This document shows, in pieces, positions 8,348 to 18,742 of a stretch of 64,000 nucleotides of DNA. The stretch spans positions 561 through 64,560 of the forward strand of contig CACOBL010000002.1 of assembly GCA_902625455.1 (NCBI GenBank), written 5' to 3'. The position numbers and the translations under genes were made by a program. The stretch comes from an uncultured Candidatus Actinomarina sp. Lineage in GTDB: Bacteria > Actinomycetota > Acidimicrobiia > Actinomarinales > Actinomarinaceae. Each line of letters starts with the position of its first letter. Position 1 is the first letter of the stretch. The notes beneath the pieces are model-generated. The model searched no databases and was not told the DNA's origin. It was given only the letters and a program-made list of their open reading frames with translations.

Positions 8348-10474
8348 TTGATTGTGGTTGAAAGAAGTTATAAATATTTAAACGAAATAGAACTTAATTT
8401 TGTCAAAGGCATTGGAGAAAAAAAATTTGCTAGTTTAAAAAAAAGCAAATTAAAAACAATCAACGATTTGATTCGTTATTTTCCAAGAACACATATTGAT
8501 AGATCAAAAGTTAAGTTAGTGTCTGAAATTGAACAAAATGATCAAACTTATGAAGTAACTATTTTTGGCACGATTGACAAATTATCAGTTTTTACAACAA
8601 AATCAAGGTTAAGAATTGCGACACTTACCATATCCGACGAGTCAGGTAGCTTAAAAGCAAAATGGTTTGGCCCACAGTATATAGAGTCGAGATTTAAGGA
8701 AGGAGATGTAGTTGCTGTTTCAGGTAAGCCTGAAGTAAAGAAAACAGGAAGTATTGAGTTTAAAAATCCAGCTATAGAAAAATTCACTGATGTTGAAGAA
8801 TTAAATCAGACAGGTTCCCTGATTCCTATTTACAAAAAAGTTGAAGGAATGACCAGTGCGAGTATTAGAAAAGGGTTAAAAGAAATAATTAATATTTTAG
8901 AGTCAACAAAAGATAATTTTGAACCAGGATTGTTTGATGTTTTACCTTCGAACATTAGAGAAGAGTATTCTCTTCTTGATAGATTTGAAAGTATCAAAAA
9001 GATACATTTTCCAAAGAATGAAAATGATTATAAAAGTGCAAGACGAAGATTAGTTTTAGATGAGTTTATTTACTTAAGATCAATATTTGCAAACCTAAAG
9101 TCAAAACACAAAAATGAAAATAAAGGATTAGTTTATAAATTTACTAATCCAGATATAGAAGAATTTGTAAAACAACTTCCTTTTAATTTAACTCAATCGC
9201 AAAATAGCGCAATGAACGAAATTTTAGAAGATTTAAAAAAAACATATCCTATGAAAAGACTTTTACAGGGCGATGTTGGTTCGGGAAAAACCGTTGTTGC
9301 TACTATTGCTTCTTATGCTGCAATAAAATCAGATTATCAAGTTGCATTAATGGCACCAACGGAAGTTTTAGCAGAGCAACATTATTCTTCTATCAATGAA
9401 TTTATGAATAAAGATCAATACGAGATCCATCTCTTAACCTCATCAGTCAAAAATAGAGATAAAATTTTAAAAAATTTGAAAAATGGAAATCCAGGTCTAT
9501 ATGTTGGCACTCATGCTTTAATTCAGGAAAGTATAAAATTTTCAAATCTAGGACTTGCCATTATTGATGAACAGCAAAGATTTGGTGTTGAGCAAAGAAA
9601 AAAACTTATAAACGAAACGGGAAATATTCCTGATCAATTAGTAATGACAGCAACGCCAATTCCACGAACTACTGCATTATCTATTTATGGTGATTTAGAA
9701 ATTTCTTCCATTAACGAATTACCGCCTGGAAGAAAAGATATCACTTCTCATTTGATTGAAGGTTCAAAAAAAGATAATGATATTATTTATGACATTTGTA
9801 AGTTTCATCTCAAGAGAAAATCTCAAATATTTGTAGTTTGCCCATTTATTGAAGAAAGTGAAGTAATGGATATTCAAGCAGCAGAAAATGTGTTTATTGA
9901 GTATAAAGAAAAATTTAAGGATTATAAAGTCTCAATACTTCATGGAAAGATGTCATTTGATGAAAAAGAACAAATAATGCAAGATATGAAAAGTGGAAAA
10001 ATTGATATTTTGGTTTCGACAATTGTTATTGAAGTTGGTATAGATATACCAAATGCAACCTTAATGATTATTGAAAGTGCCGAAAGATTCGGATTGAATC
10101 AACTACACCAATTAAGAGGAAGAGTTGGAAGGAGTGATAAACAATCGGAATGTGTATTTCATGTTTCTAAGAAAAAAACACTGAAAACAATTAGTGAAGA
10201 TGGAAAGAGAAGGTTAGAGGCTATCGTAGATATAAAAGATGGCTTTAGATTATCAGAAATTGATTTAGAAATTAGGGGAGAAGGTAAAGTTACTGGAACA
10301 AGTCAATCTGGACAATCTGATTTAAAGATAGCTGATTTGAGATATGATTATAAATTACTTCTAGAATCAAAAAATATATTCGACCAACTAGAATCTGAAG
10401 ATATTAAAAATCTACTATTTGAAGAAGCACAAATTCTATTTCCTAATTATTTCAAAGCGAGTGGTACTACATGA
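8348..10474 (+). CDS. recG: ATP-dependent DNA helicase RecG
   Basis: QGDVGSGKT, DEQQRFGVEQR, MTATPIPRT, QLHQLRGRVGR. Confidence 0.95.
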   Translation: MIVVERSYKYLNEIELNFVKGIGEKKFASLKKSKLKTINDLIRYFPRTHIDRSKVKLVSEIEQNDQTYEVTIFGTIDKLSVFTTKSRLRIATLTISDESGSLKAKWFGPQYIESRFKEGDVVAVSGKPEVKKTGSIEFKNPAIEKFTDVEELNQTGSLIPIYKKVEGMTSASIRKGLKEIINILESTKDNFEPGLFDVLPSNIREEYSLLDRFESIKKIHFPKNENDYKSARRRLVLDEFIYLRSIFANLKSKHKNENKGLVYKFTNPDIEEFVKQLPFNLTQSQNSAMNEILEDLKKTYPMKRLLQGDVGSGKTVVATIASYAAIKSDYQVALMAPTEVLAEQHYSSINEFMNKDQYEIHLLTSSVKNRDKILKNLKNGNPGLYVGTHALIQESIKFSNLGLAIIDEQQRFGVEQRKKLINETGNIPDQLVMTATPIPRTTALSIYGDLEISSINELPPGRKDITSHLIEGSKKDNDIIYDICKFHLKRKSQIFVVCPFIEESEVMDIQAAENVFIEYKEKFKDYKVSILHGKMSFDEKEQIMQDMKSGKIDILVSTIVIEVGIDIPNATLMIIESAERFGLNQLHQLRGRVGRSDKQSECVFHVSKKKTLKTISEDGKRRLEAIVDIKDGFRLSEIDLEIRGEGKVTGTSQSGQSDLKIADLRYDYKLLLESKNIFDQLESEDIKNLLFEEAQILFPNYFKASGTT

Positions 10475-11007
10475 GAGTTCTTGCAGGTAAATATAAGTCT
10501 AAATTAATACAAACAATTGATGACCCACTAACAAGACCTATGATGAGTAAAGTGAGAGAGTCAGTATTTAATTCTCTACAGTTCAACATTGAAAATAAAA
10601 ATATTTTAGATCTTTACGCTGGGTCTGGAAGTTTAGGAATTGAATCGTTAAGTAGAGGTGCTAATTTTGTAACTTTTGTAGAAAACTCAAATAATTGTAT
10701 TAATATTTTGAAGCAAAACTTAAGTCATTTTGAAATTAACTATAAAATTACTAAATCTAGTGTTGACAAATTTTTAGATACATCATTAAATACGTACGAT
10801 ATAGTTTTCTATGACCCTCCTTTCAAAATTGAAACTGAAATTGTAAAGAATGAGATTATAAAAATTTATAATTTATTAAACAAAGAAGGGTTTGTTGTAG
10901 TACATCGTCACACAGCCTCTAAGGAATTTGAAACTTTAAAAAATTATAAAATTCATAAAGAAAAAAATTTTGGTCAAAGTAATATTCTTATATTGAGTAA
11001 ATTATGA
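10471..11007 (+). CDS. rsmD: 16S rRNA m2G966 methyltransferase
   Basis: TRP..KVRESVFN, LDLYAGSGSLGIESLSRGA, DPPF; sits in recG-rsmD-coaD order. Confidence 0.92.
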   Translation: MRVLAGKYKSKLIQTIDDPLTRPMMSKVRESVFNSLQFNIENKNILDLYAGSGSLGIESLSRGANFVTFVENSNNCINILKQNLSHFEINYKITKSSVDKFLDTSLNTYDIVFYDPPFKIETEIVKNEIIKIYNLLNKEGFVVVHRHTASKEFETLKNYKIHKEKNFGQSNILILSKL

Positions 11008-11468
11008 AAATTTTAATCCCTGGCTCTTTTGACCCACCAACGAATGGTCATATAGATGTTATAAATAGATGTTCTAAAATTTTTAATGAAATATTAGTAG
11101 GTGTAGTAGTTAATCCATCAAAAGATTCATTATTCTCACGTGAAGATCGTTCATTAATGCTTGAGGAAATTTTTAATGACAATAAAAATATAAAAATAAT
11201 GAGTTTTGAGGGTCTTTTAGTTGACTTTGCATCAAAGAACTCTGTTGACGCAATTGTTAAAGGTTTAAGAGCAATGACAGATTTTGACTATGAGTTTCAA
11301 ATGGCCCAAGCAAATTCAACACTTGCTGGGTATGAAACTATATTTATTCCATCCTCACCCGAGTTTGGTTATTTATCAAGTTCAATGGTTAAAGAAATTC
11401 ATTCCCTTGGTGGGGATGTCTCCTCTTTAGTTCCAAAAGAAGTTTTAAAAAGGCTAAACAATGAATAA
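11004..11468 (+). CDS. coaD: phosphopantetheine adenylyltransferase
   Basis: PGSFDPPTNGH, KGLRAMTDFDYE, SSSMVKE. Confidence 0.95.
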   Translation: MKILIPGSFDPPTNGHIDVINRCSKIFNEILVGVVVNPSKDSLFSREDRSLMLEEIFNDNKNIKIMSFEGLLVDFASKNSVDAIVKGLRAMTDFDYEFQMAQANSTLAGYETIFIPSSPEFGYLSSSMVKEIHSLGGDVSSLVPKEVLKRLNNE

Positions 11469-11964
11469 TTCTGAAGCAAGCTTTGAAGAGGTTTTAAAAG
11501 GTCAAAGTAAAATCGAAATTGTTGATAAATTAGAAAATTTAAGAAATCAATTAAATTCCAATACTCTTAAAGGAAGAATTAACAAAAAAGATATATTAAA
11601 AAGTATTGATGAAATAATTGACTCCATGCCAGTTGAGATGCGCACAGCAAGGTGGATTGTTAGAGAACAAGAAAGTTTTATCAATCAAGCACAAATTGAA
11701 TCCAAAGCTCTATTAGATGAGGCGAAGGCAGAATCGGAAAAATTGATAGCAAATTCTTACGTTATACAGGAAGCTGTAATTGAAGCAAATGCACTAATAA
11801 AGCAAGCTGAAGTTGAGATGCAAACTTATAGAACTAATATAGAAGATACAATTGATCAGAGAATTGATGACATTCAGAATAAAATTGATCAACTTTCTAA
11901 TTTTCTAGAAAAAGAAAAAAATAAATTGCGTGAGCCTCGAAATATAGAGAATCCAGAAACTTAA
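11461..11964 (+). CDS. coiled-coil protein, SepIVA/DivIVA-like (positional)
   Basis: Coiled-coil MPVEMRTARWIVREQE; lies between coaD and DUF177 as in actinobacteria. Confidence 0.6.
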   Translation: MNNSEASFEEVLKGQSKIEIVDKLENLRNQLNSNTLKGRINKKDILKSIDEIIDSMPVEMRTARWIVREQESFINQAQIESKALLDEAKAESEKLIANSYVIQEAVIEANALIKQAEVEMQTYRTNIEDTIDQRIDDIQNKIDQLSNFLEKEKNKLREPRNIENPET

Positions 11965-12461
11965 TGCAATTCGATTCAAAGATTAAAACTATTGATATAG
12001 TCAATTCTTCGACTCCGCTCGTTATAAATCTTTCCGGGAAATTTGAAATTTCTTATGCTAACCATTTCACAGATGAAAAAGATTTTGTGAATACAATTTT
12101 GGAAATTTTTATTGAAGATTCAATATTAAATATTGATATTAACTTAGAATTTACTTATCAATCAGAATGTGCAAGATGTCTCTCTAAAAAGGAAAATAAA
12201 ATGAAAAACTCAAAATCTTTTAAACTAAATATTGACATTGAAAACGATTATGAAATTAATTTTGATAATGAGTACATCGATATAGAGCCATTTATATCAG
12301 AAATAATAATCGACAACTTAGATACACTGTATATATGTAGTAATAAATGTAAAGGCTTGTGTGGTCTGTGTGGTACTAATATGAATGAAATTAAATGTAA
12401 TTGTGAAGAAAAAAACTTAAAAGAAAGTCCATTTTCCTCCCTAAGTCAGCTAGATTTGTAG
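11964..12461 (+). CDS. DUF177/YceD family protein
   Basis: ECARCL and C..CKGLC..CG..N motifs; directly upstream of rpmF. Confidence 0.85.
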   Translation: MQFDSKIKTIDIVNSSTPLVINLSGKFEISYANHFTDEKDFVNTILEIFIEDSILNIDINLEFTYQSECARCLSKKENKMKNSKSFKLNIDIENDYEINFDNEYIDIEPFISEIIIDNLDTLYICSNKCKGLCGLCGTNMNEIKCNCEEKNLKESPFSSLSQLDL

Positions 12462-12479
12462 TTTGAAAGGAATATAGCT

Positions 12480-12662
12480 ATGGCAGTACCAAAGAAAAAG
12501 ATGTCTAAATCAAGAACTAGGCGCAGAAAAGCTACGCATAAAGTATCTAGACCCCATTTTGTAATTGACCCTGAGACAGGTGTAGCAAAACAATCACATA
12601 GAGTAAATCCAGCTGATGGTACTTACAATGGTCGTCAAGTAAAAGAACCTGAAGTAAGTTAA
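12480..12662 (+). CDS. rpmF: 50S ribosomal protein L32 (no Zn-ribbon cysteines)
   Basis: MAVPKKKMSKSRTRRR, HRV, GTYNGRQV. Confidence 0.95.
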   Translation: MAVPKKKMSKSRTRRRKATHKVSRPHFVIDPETGVAKQSHRVNPADGTYNGRQVKEPEVS

Positions 12663-12669
12663 GTTTGTT

Positions 12670-13641
12670 ATGAATACTATTGCTATTGATGCAATGGGTG
12701 GAGATTCTGCTCCAATAGATATTGTCAAAGGAGCCATAAAAGCGAAAGACCAAGGTGTTAATGTTGTTTTATGTGGTGATGAAAATTTAATTAATCCATA
12801 TTTAGATAACCACGAAATACCAGTTTTTGATTTTCCTCAAGTTATTTCTATGGACGAAGATCCATTAAAGGCTATAAGAAATAAAAAAAATGCATCAATA
12901 GTTGGATGCATGCAATTACTTAAAGACAAAAAAGTACAGGCAGTATTTTCTGCAGGTTCCACAGGCGCAACATTAATTAGTGCAATTTCAATTCTTGGAA
13001 AACACAAGGGAGTAATTAGGCCTGTCATAGCTTCTGTCTTACCCTCGTTAAGTGGTAATACTATTCTTCTTGATTCAGGAGCGAGTTTGGACGTTAAGCC
13101 GAAAGTTCTTTTTCAATATGGAATAATGGGAGCAAAATTAGCTGAAGTAATAATGGATATTGATAATCCTAGAGTAGGTCTTTTGAATAACGGAGAAGAG
13201 GAAACTAAAGGGCGAGATGTAGAAAAAGCAGCACATAAATTATTAAAAAATAGTAATTTAAACTTTGTTGGAAATATAGAAGGAAGAGATTTTTCGACAA
13301 AAAAAGCAGATGTCTTTGTTACTGATGGATTTACAGGGAATGTAGTATTAAAAACACTAGAAGGTACTGCAAAATTACAGCAAAATCTTATTTCTTCAGC
13401 TTTAGTAGATAATTTATTTAAACCTTTGTTAATTCCTGTAAAAAAAGCTTTGAAACCTGTCAAAGATCAGCTAAATCCGGATAAGTCTGGTGCTTCATAT
13501 TTATTAGGTGTAAACGGAGTAGTCACGATAGGTCATGGTTCTTCTAATTCTGAAGCTGTCAAAAATGCAATTATATATACAGAAACTGCTGTAAAAAAAG
13601 AGTTAATCCATAAGTTTTCATCCGCATTAAATGAATTATGA
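12670..13641 (+). CDS. plsX: phosphate acyltransferase PlsX
   Basis: IAIDAMGGD, SAGSTGA, GLLNNGEEETKG, TDGFTGNVVLK. Confidence 0.93.
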   Translation: MNTIAIDAMGGDSAPIDIVKGAIKAKDQGVNVVLCGDENLINPYLDNHEIPVFDFPQVISMDEDPLKAIRNKKNASIVGCMQLLKDKKVQAVFSAGSTGATLISAISILGKHKGVIRPVIASVLPSLSGNTILLDSGASLDVKPKVLFQYGIMGAKLAEVIMDIDNPRVGLLNNGEEETKGRDVEKAAHKLLKNSNLNFVGNIEGRDFSTKKADVFVTDGFTGNVVLKTLEGTAKLQQNLISSALVDNLFKPLLIPVKKALKPVKDQLNPDKSGASYLLGVNGVVTIGHGSSNSEAVKNAIIYTETAVKKELIHKFSSALNEL

Positions 13642-14315
13642 AAAATATAGAAGACTTCGAAAAAACAATAGGGTATAACTTTAAGGACAAAAAACTTTTA
13701 AAAATTGCTTTAACTCATAAATCTTATTTAGATGAAAAACCAGATTTAGTATCAAATCAGCGATATGAGTTTTTTGGAGATACTATTTTAGATTTTGATT
13801 TAACAGAGTACCTTTTTAAACACTTTCCAGATTTAGATGAAGGAAGTCTTACAAAAATAAGATCAAGTGCTGTTAATCAGTCAAATTTAGTGAAATTAGG
13901 TAATGAAATAAATATTGGATCTTATATGTTTTTGAGTAAAGCAGAAGACTCTACTGGAGGTAGAAAAAAATCATCTATAATCGAAGATGCAGTTGAAGCT
14001 TTGATTGCAGCTTTATATTTTGATGGGGGATTAACTGCAGTAAATGGTTTTGTTTCAAAATACATATATCCAAGCATTAAAGAACTTTCTGAAAATCCTG
14101 GACAAAAAGATTATAAAACAAGGCTTCAAGAGTATTATGCAAAAGTTGGAAAAAAAGTAAATTATATGGATTCCTCTAGCGGTCCAGACCATGATAAAAA
14201 ATTTCAAACACAAGTATTTTTAGATAAAGAGATAATCGGGATTGGTGAAGGCAAGTCAAAGAAAAGTTCACAACAAGAAGCTGCAAAACAAGCATTAGAA
14301 AAAATAAATGCCTGA
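13638..14315 (+). CDS. rnc: ribonuclease III
   Basis: ALTHKSY, NQRYEFFGD, DAVEALIAA, dsRBD DYKTRLQE..GPDH. Confidence 0.93.
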   Translation: MKNIEDFEKTIGYNFKDKKLLKIALTHKSYLDEKPDLVSNQRYEFFGDTILDFDLTEYLFKHFPDLDEGSLTKIRSSAVNQSNLVKLGNEINIGSYMFLSKAEDSTGGRKKSSIIEDAVEALIAALYFDGGLTAVNGFVSKYIYPSIKELSENPGQKDYKTRLQEYYAKVGKKVNYMDSSSGPDHDKKFQTQVFLDKEIIGIGEGKSKKSSQQEAAKQALEKINA

Positions 14316-15111
14316 ACTACCCGAAGTTGAATCAATTAGACGTTCGTTATCTCCAAATATCATTGGTCAGAAACTTCAAGGTTATAAAATTAATGATCAC
14401 AGAACAAATAGATTTAACACAAAAAACCCAAAAATTAATGAATCTTTATTAGGAATATCAAGAAAAGGAAAATTATTAATTTTTGATTTTGAAGAATATT
14501 CAATCATCTTTCATTTAGGAATGAGCGGAAGAATACAAGTAAACGATAAAAAAAATAAACATACAAGAGCAAGTTTTTACTTTGATAAAGATCAAGTTAA
14601 TTTTGATGATATTAGAAGATTTGGATTTATAAATATTATAAATTCAGAACTAAAAAATAATTATCTAAAAAAAATTGGTCCAGATGTACTGAATATCACC
14701 AAAGAACAATCAAGAATGGTTATTAATAAAAGTAAGAAATCAAAATCATTGATAAAAGACTATATACTTAATCAAAAATATATGAGTGGAATAGGAAACA
14801 TCTATGCAAACGAAATATTGTTTGCTTCAAGGATTCACCCTAAAACAAAAGTAAATACTTTAAATAACAATAATTGGAAAGATTTTTTTAACAATACAAA
14901 GAGAATTATGCATTTAGCAGTTAAAAATAATGGAACAACTTTAAGTGATATGACGTATTTTTTGCCTTATGGAGAATTTGGTTCAAATCAGAATTTTTTA
15001 AAAATATATAGCAAAATAAATTGTTTTAATTGTGAACATATAATTGATAAAATATACATAAATCAAAGAGCCACATATTTTTGTAGGAAATGTCAAAAAT
15101 TAAAAAATTAA
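14308..15111 (+). CDS. mutM: formamidopyrimidine-DNA glycosylase
   Basis: MPELPEVE, HLGMSG, GIGNIYANE, C-terminal CxxC...CxxC zinc finger. Confidence 0.93.
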   Translation: MPELPEVESIRRSLSPNIIGQKLQGYKINDHRTNRFNTKNPKINESLLGISRKGKLLIFDFEEYSIIFHLGMSGRIQVNDKKNKHTRASFYFDKDQVNFDDIRRFGFINIINSELKNNYLKKIGPDVLNITKEQSRMVINKSKKSKSLIKDYILNQKYMSGIGNIYANEILFASRIHPKTKVNTLNNNNWKDFFNNTKRIMHLAVKNNGTTLSDMTYFLPYGEFGSNQNFLKIYSKINCFNCEHIIDKIYINQRATYFCRKCQKLKN

Positions 15112-16025
15112 AAGTTGAACTTAATAGAGATGGTTCCCTTGAATCGGTTCACTTTATTAACGTTTACAAACATAATCAAAATGAATATGACTATTTTTTT
15201 CCAAGATCGGCTGTTAAACCTTTTCAACTTATTCCTCTTCTTCATGAAGCTCAAAATCAAAATATATCATTTACAAGTAAAGAAATAGCTATATTTTCAT
15301 CTTCTCATTCTGGTCAAGAAATTCATACAGAATTAATCAAATTAATTGCAAAAAAATTCGATTTAAATCTTGAAAGGCTAGTTTGTGGAAAACAAAGACC
15401 ATTTCATGAACTAACCGCTGATAATTTATTAAAAAATAATAACGAATTTACAAAATTACACCATAATTGTTCAGGAAAACACCTAGCTATGCTTTTGTTT
15501 TCAAAAATACTGAACGAAGATGAAAAAATCTATCATACCTTTGAGAGTAAAACACAATCGACAGTTGAAGAGTTCTTTAAATTTATTTTCAATGATAAGA
15601 ATATAGGTTTTGGCACAGACGGATGTGGTCTTCCAGCAATACATTTACGAACTGATAGTTTTTTGAAAGCAGTTAATAAAATAAAAACTACAAAATATTT
15701 TAAAAATTGGAGTGATATGTTTAATTCATACCAAACATATCCGTTACTTATTGGTGGTGAAAATCGAACAGATACAAATATAATTCTCAATTCAAGCAAT
15801 CCAACATTAGCTAAATCTGGTGCTGAGGGAGTTTTATTTATCACAAACAACGATGAGTCATACTTGTTTAAATGTTTAGATGGAAGTAAAAGGGGAGTAG
15901 ATTTAGCTGCAACTAAGTACTTACATGAATTAGGAATAGTAAATGAAAAACCCTATCAATATTTAAGCAATCTTTATAGTTTAAATACTCAAAATACTAA
16001 GGCAGTCACGATAACGGTCTCTTAA
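15090..16025 (+). CDS. L-asparaginase II (class 3, Rhizobium AnsA-type)
   Basis: RSAVKPFQ, SSHSG, HNCSGKH, DGCG, AKSGAEG. Confidence 0.85.
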   Translation: MSKIKKLKVELNRDGSLESVHFINVYKHNQNEYDYFFPRSAVKPFQLIPLLHEAQNQNISFTSKEIAIFSSSHSGQEIHTELIKLIAKKFDLNLERLVCGKQRPFHELTADNLLKNNNEFTKLHHNCSGKHLAMLLFSKILNEDEKIYHTFESKTQSTVEEFFKFIFNDKNIGFGTDGCGLPAIHLRTDSFLKAVNKIKTTKYFKNWSDMFNSYQTYPLLIGGENRTDTNIILNSSNPTLAKSGAEGVLFITNNDESYLFKCLDGSKRGVDLAATKYLHELGIVNEKPYQYLSNLYSLNTQNTKAVTITVS

Positions 16026-16090
16026 ATTTTTTTAATTTAAAGCAAATATTTCTATTTGTTACTATTATTAAATTAACAACAGGGTAAATA

Positions 16091-18742
16091 ATGTATTTAA
16101 AATCTTTAGATATTAATGGCTTTAAGTCATTCTATGAAAAAACTTCTGTTGACTTTTCAAATAAAGTCAATGTAATAGTTGGACCAAATGGTTCAGGCAA
16201 ATCCAATGTTGTTGATGCAATTTCTTGGGTATTAGGTACTCAAAGTCCAGCTACCTTGAGAACCAATAAGATGGAAGATGTTATATTTGCTGGAACAGAA
16301 AAGTTATCTCAAAAAGGTTTTGCAGAAGTTTTCTTAAATTTTGAAGTAGATGAAAAATTATTCAATGGAAATTCTGAAATATCTATTGGAAGAAAATTGT
16401 ATAGGGATGGTACCTCAGAATATTTTATGAATGGATTAAATTGCCGTTTGTTAGATATTCAAGAATTTTTAAATGATGTTGGAATTGGAAAGCAGCAACA
16501 TATTATTATTTCCCAAGGCCAGATAGCTGAAATTTTGAACTCTAAACCTGAAGACCATAGAATGACTATTGAAGAAGCAGCAGGAATTCTTCCACTCAGA
16601 GTTAAGAAAGAAAAATCGTTAAAAAGAATTGAATCTGGCGAGAAAGAAATCAAGAGAGCAAAAGACGTGCTTCGTGAGATTAAAAAACAACTAAAACCAC
16701 TACAAGATCAAGCGGAAAAGGCAAAAATACATGAAGAGAGTACAAATCTTTTAAAGAATAAAGTAATTGAACTTAATATCATGATGTTCAGAAAATTTGA
16801 TAATAAGTATAAAAGTTTTTTAAATGAAGAAAAATTAATTAATCAAAATCTAAATGATATTGACACAAAACTAAAAATATTAAAGGACCAAAAAAGTCAT
16901 ATTAATAATGAACTCGGTGATGGATATTCAATAGGTTCAACATTTAAAGATTATTCTGGAAAATTTAATAATATATCTGAGCAACTTAGGTCTTTAGCTC
17001 AAGTTGCAAATGAGCGAAAAGATAATTTAGAAAGAGAAGAAGTTAAGGCTTCAGAAGAGCTGAATAAAACAATAGGTAAAATAAATGATAATAATAATCA
17101 GATATCAATGCTCACATCCCAGTTGATGGATAAAAAGAAAAATTTAACTACTTTAGAAAATCAAAGTTCAGACATTAAATATCAAATTGAAGAAATTATA
17201 AAAAAATTATCTGCTTCTACTGAGGTAAATGAAGCAGTTCTAGAAAGTGAAATTAAACAAATAAAACAAACAATTGATATTACTAATAAAGATTTACAAC
17301 TTTTTGAAAAAGAATTTTCAAAGTGGGAAGAGGATTTAAAAATTTCAGAATCGTTATTAATTGATTTAAATCTTAAGTTAGAATCCCACCAAGTTCCAAA
17401 AAATGAAGTTCAAGAATTTCCAAATTACACAAAAAAAATAATCCAAAGAGAATTAGATAATAATAAAAATAATATTCTTCAAATTAATATTGATTCTGAA
17501 ATTCTAAATTCTGAACTTCTTAAGAAAAAAGAGCTTCTTTCAAATATTTTTCAAAAAGAAGAATTTAAAGCAGATATCAATAAACAAAAAAACGATTTAG
17601 AAAATAACCTTAAACAATTAGAACGTGATATAAATCTTGTTAGTAACCAACTTATATCATCACAAGAAAGAATAAAGAATCATTCAAAACATAATGCTGA
17701 ATTAAATGAACTTAAAGTGAATCTTGAAAGTATTGATCACATAGAACAGAAGTCGCAATTAACTGATTTAATTGCATCAGCTAAAACCTTAATTGAGTTT
17801 AGTAACACAACTTCTAATAAATTAGACTTAGAATCTGTAAAATTTGATCAAAAATATGGAAATTCAAATAAAAGAATTGAAAAAATAGATGAAAAAATTG
17901 AATCTTTAAATATTGAACTTTTTAATACAAAAGACAAACTAACTAATGTAGCGATTAAAAAATCTGAATCGGAAAGTTTTAAAAGTAATCATTACTCTAA
18001 TTTAATCAATATTTATGGATTGAACATTGATGAAATTAATCAATATGAAGTTGTCGCTACAAATCAAAATGAATTAGAAAATGAAATAAAACATCTTGAA
18101 ATCAAGTTAGAAGAGATCGGTACTGTTAATTACTTAGCAAAAGAAGATTTTGACTCTTTAAATTTGAGACATGAAGAAATACAATCAAGTATTAATGATT
18201 TACAGCTTTCAAAAAAAGAGTTGCTTAAAAATATTAAAGAAGTCGAAACAGAAATAGAATTCAGAGTCGAATCATCATTTAACTCAATATCAGTACATTT
18301 TTCCGAAATATTTGAAACATTATTTCCAGGAGGTAAAGGCTCTCTTTCCTTTACTGATAAATCAAATATTTTAGAAACTGGTATTGAGATATCTGTTCAA
18401 CCAAGAGGTAAGAAAGTTAAAAAATTATCATTATTATCTGGAGGAGAAAGATCATTAGCTGCAATTGCATTTTTATTTTCAATTTTTAAATCTTTCCCGA
18501 GTCCATTTTATATTTTAGATGAAGTTGAGGCAGCTCTTGATGATGCAAATCTCCACAGAATGATTAATTTGCTAGATAAAATAAAACAAGATGCTCAATA
18601 TATAATCGTTACACATCAACAACAAACCATGCATGCTGGAGATGTATTATATGGTGTCACTATGGAGCCAGGTTCTGGATCTAGGGTTTTCACAAAGACA
18701 AAAGAAGATTTTGAAAGTCTAATAGGTACTAATGAAAAATAG
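16091..18742 (+). CDS. smc: chromosome segregation protein SMC, short, hinge not recognisable
   Basis: GFKSF, GPNGSGKSN, Q-loop SQG, LSGGE, LDEVEAALDDAN, IVTH. Confidence 0.9.
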   Translation: MYLKSLDINGFKSFYEKTSVDFSNKVNVIVGPNGSGKSNVVDAISWVLGTQSPATLRTNKMEDVIFAGTEKLSQKGFAEVFLNFEVDEKLFNGNSEISIGRKLYRDGTSEYFMNGLNCRLLDIQEFLNDVGIGKQQHIIISQGQIAEILNSKPEDHRMTIEEAAGILPLRVKKEKSLKRIESGEKEIKRAKDVLREIKKQLKPLQDQAEKAKIHEESTNLLKNKVIELNIMMFRKFDNKYKSFLNEEKLINQNLNDIDTKLKILKDQKSHINNELGDGYSIGSTFKDYSGKFNNISEQLRSLAQVANERKDNLEREEVKASEELNKTIGKINDNNNQISMLTSQLMDKKKNLTTLENQSSDIKYQIEEIIKKLSASTEVNEAVLESEIKQIKQTIDITNKDLQLFEKEFSKWEEDLKISESLLIDLNLKLESHQVPKNEVQEFPNYTKKIIQRELDNNKNNILQINIDSEILNSELLKKKELLSNIFQKEEFKADINKQKNDLENNLKQLERDINLVSNQLISSQERIKNHSKHNAELNELKVNLESIDHIEQKSQLTDLIASAKTLIEFSNTTSNKLDLESVKFDQKYGNSNKRIEKIDEKIESLNIELFNTKDKLTNVAIKKSESESFKSNHYSNLINIYGLNIDEINQYEVVATNQNELENEIKHLEIKLEEIGTVNYLAKEDFDSLNLRHEEIQSSINDLQLSKKELLKNIKEVETEIEFRVESSFNSISVHFSEIFETLFPGGKGSLSFTDKSNILETGIEISVQPRGKKVKKLSLLSGGERSLAAIAFLFSIFKSFPSPFYILDEVEAALDDANLHRMINLLDKIKQDAQYIIVTHQQQTMHAGDVLYGVTMEPGSGSRVFTKTKEDFESLIGTNEK

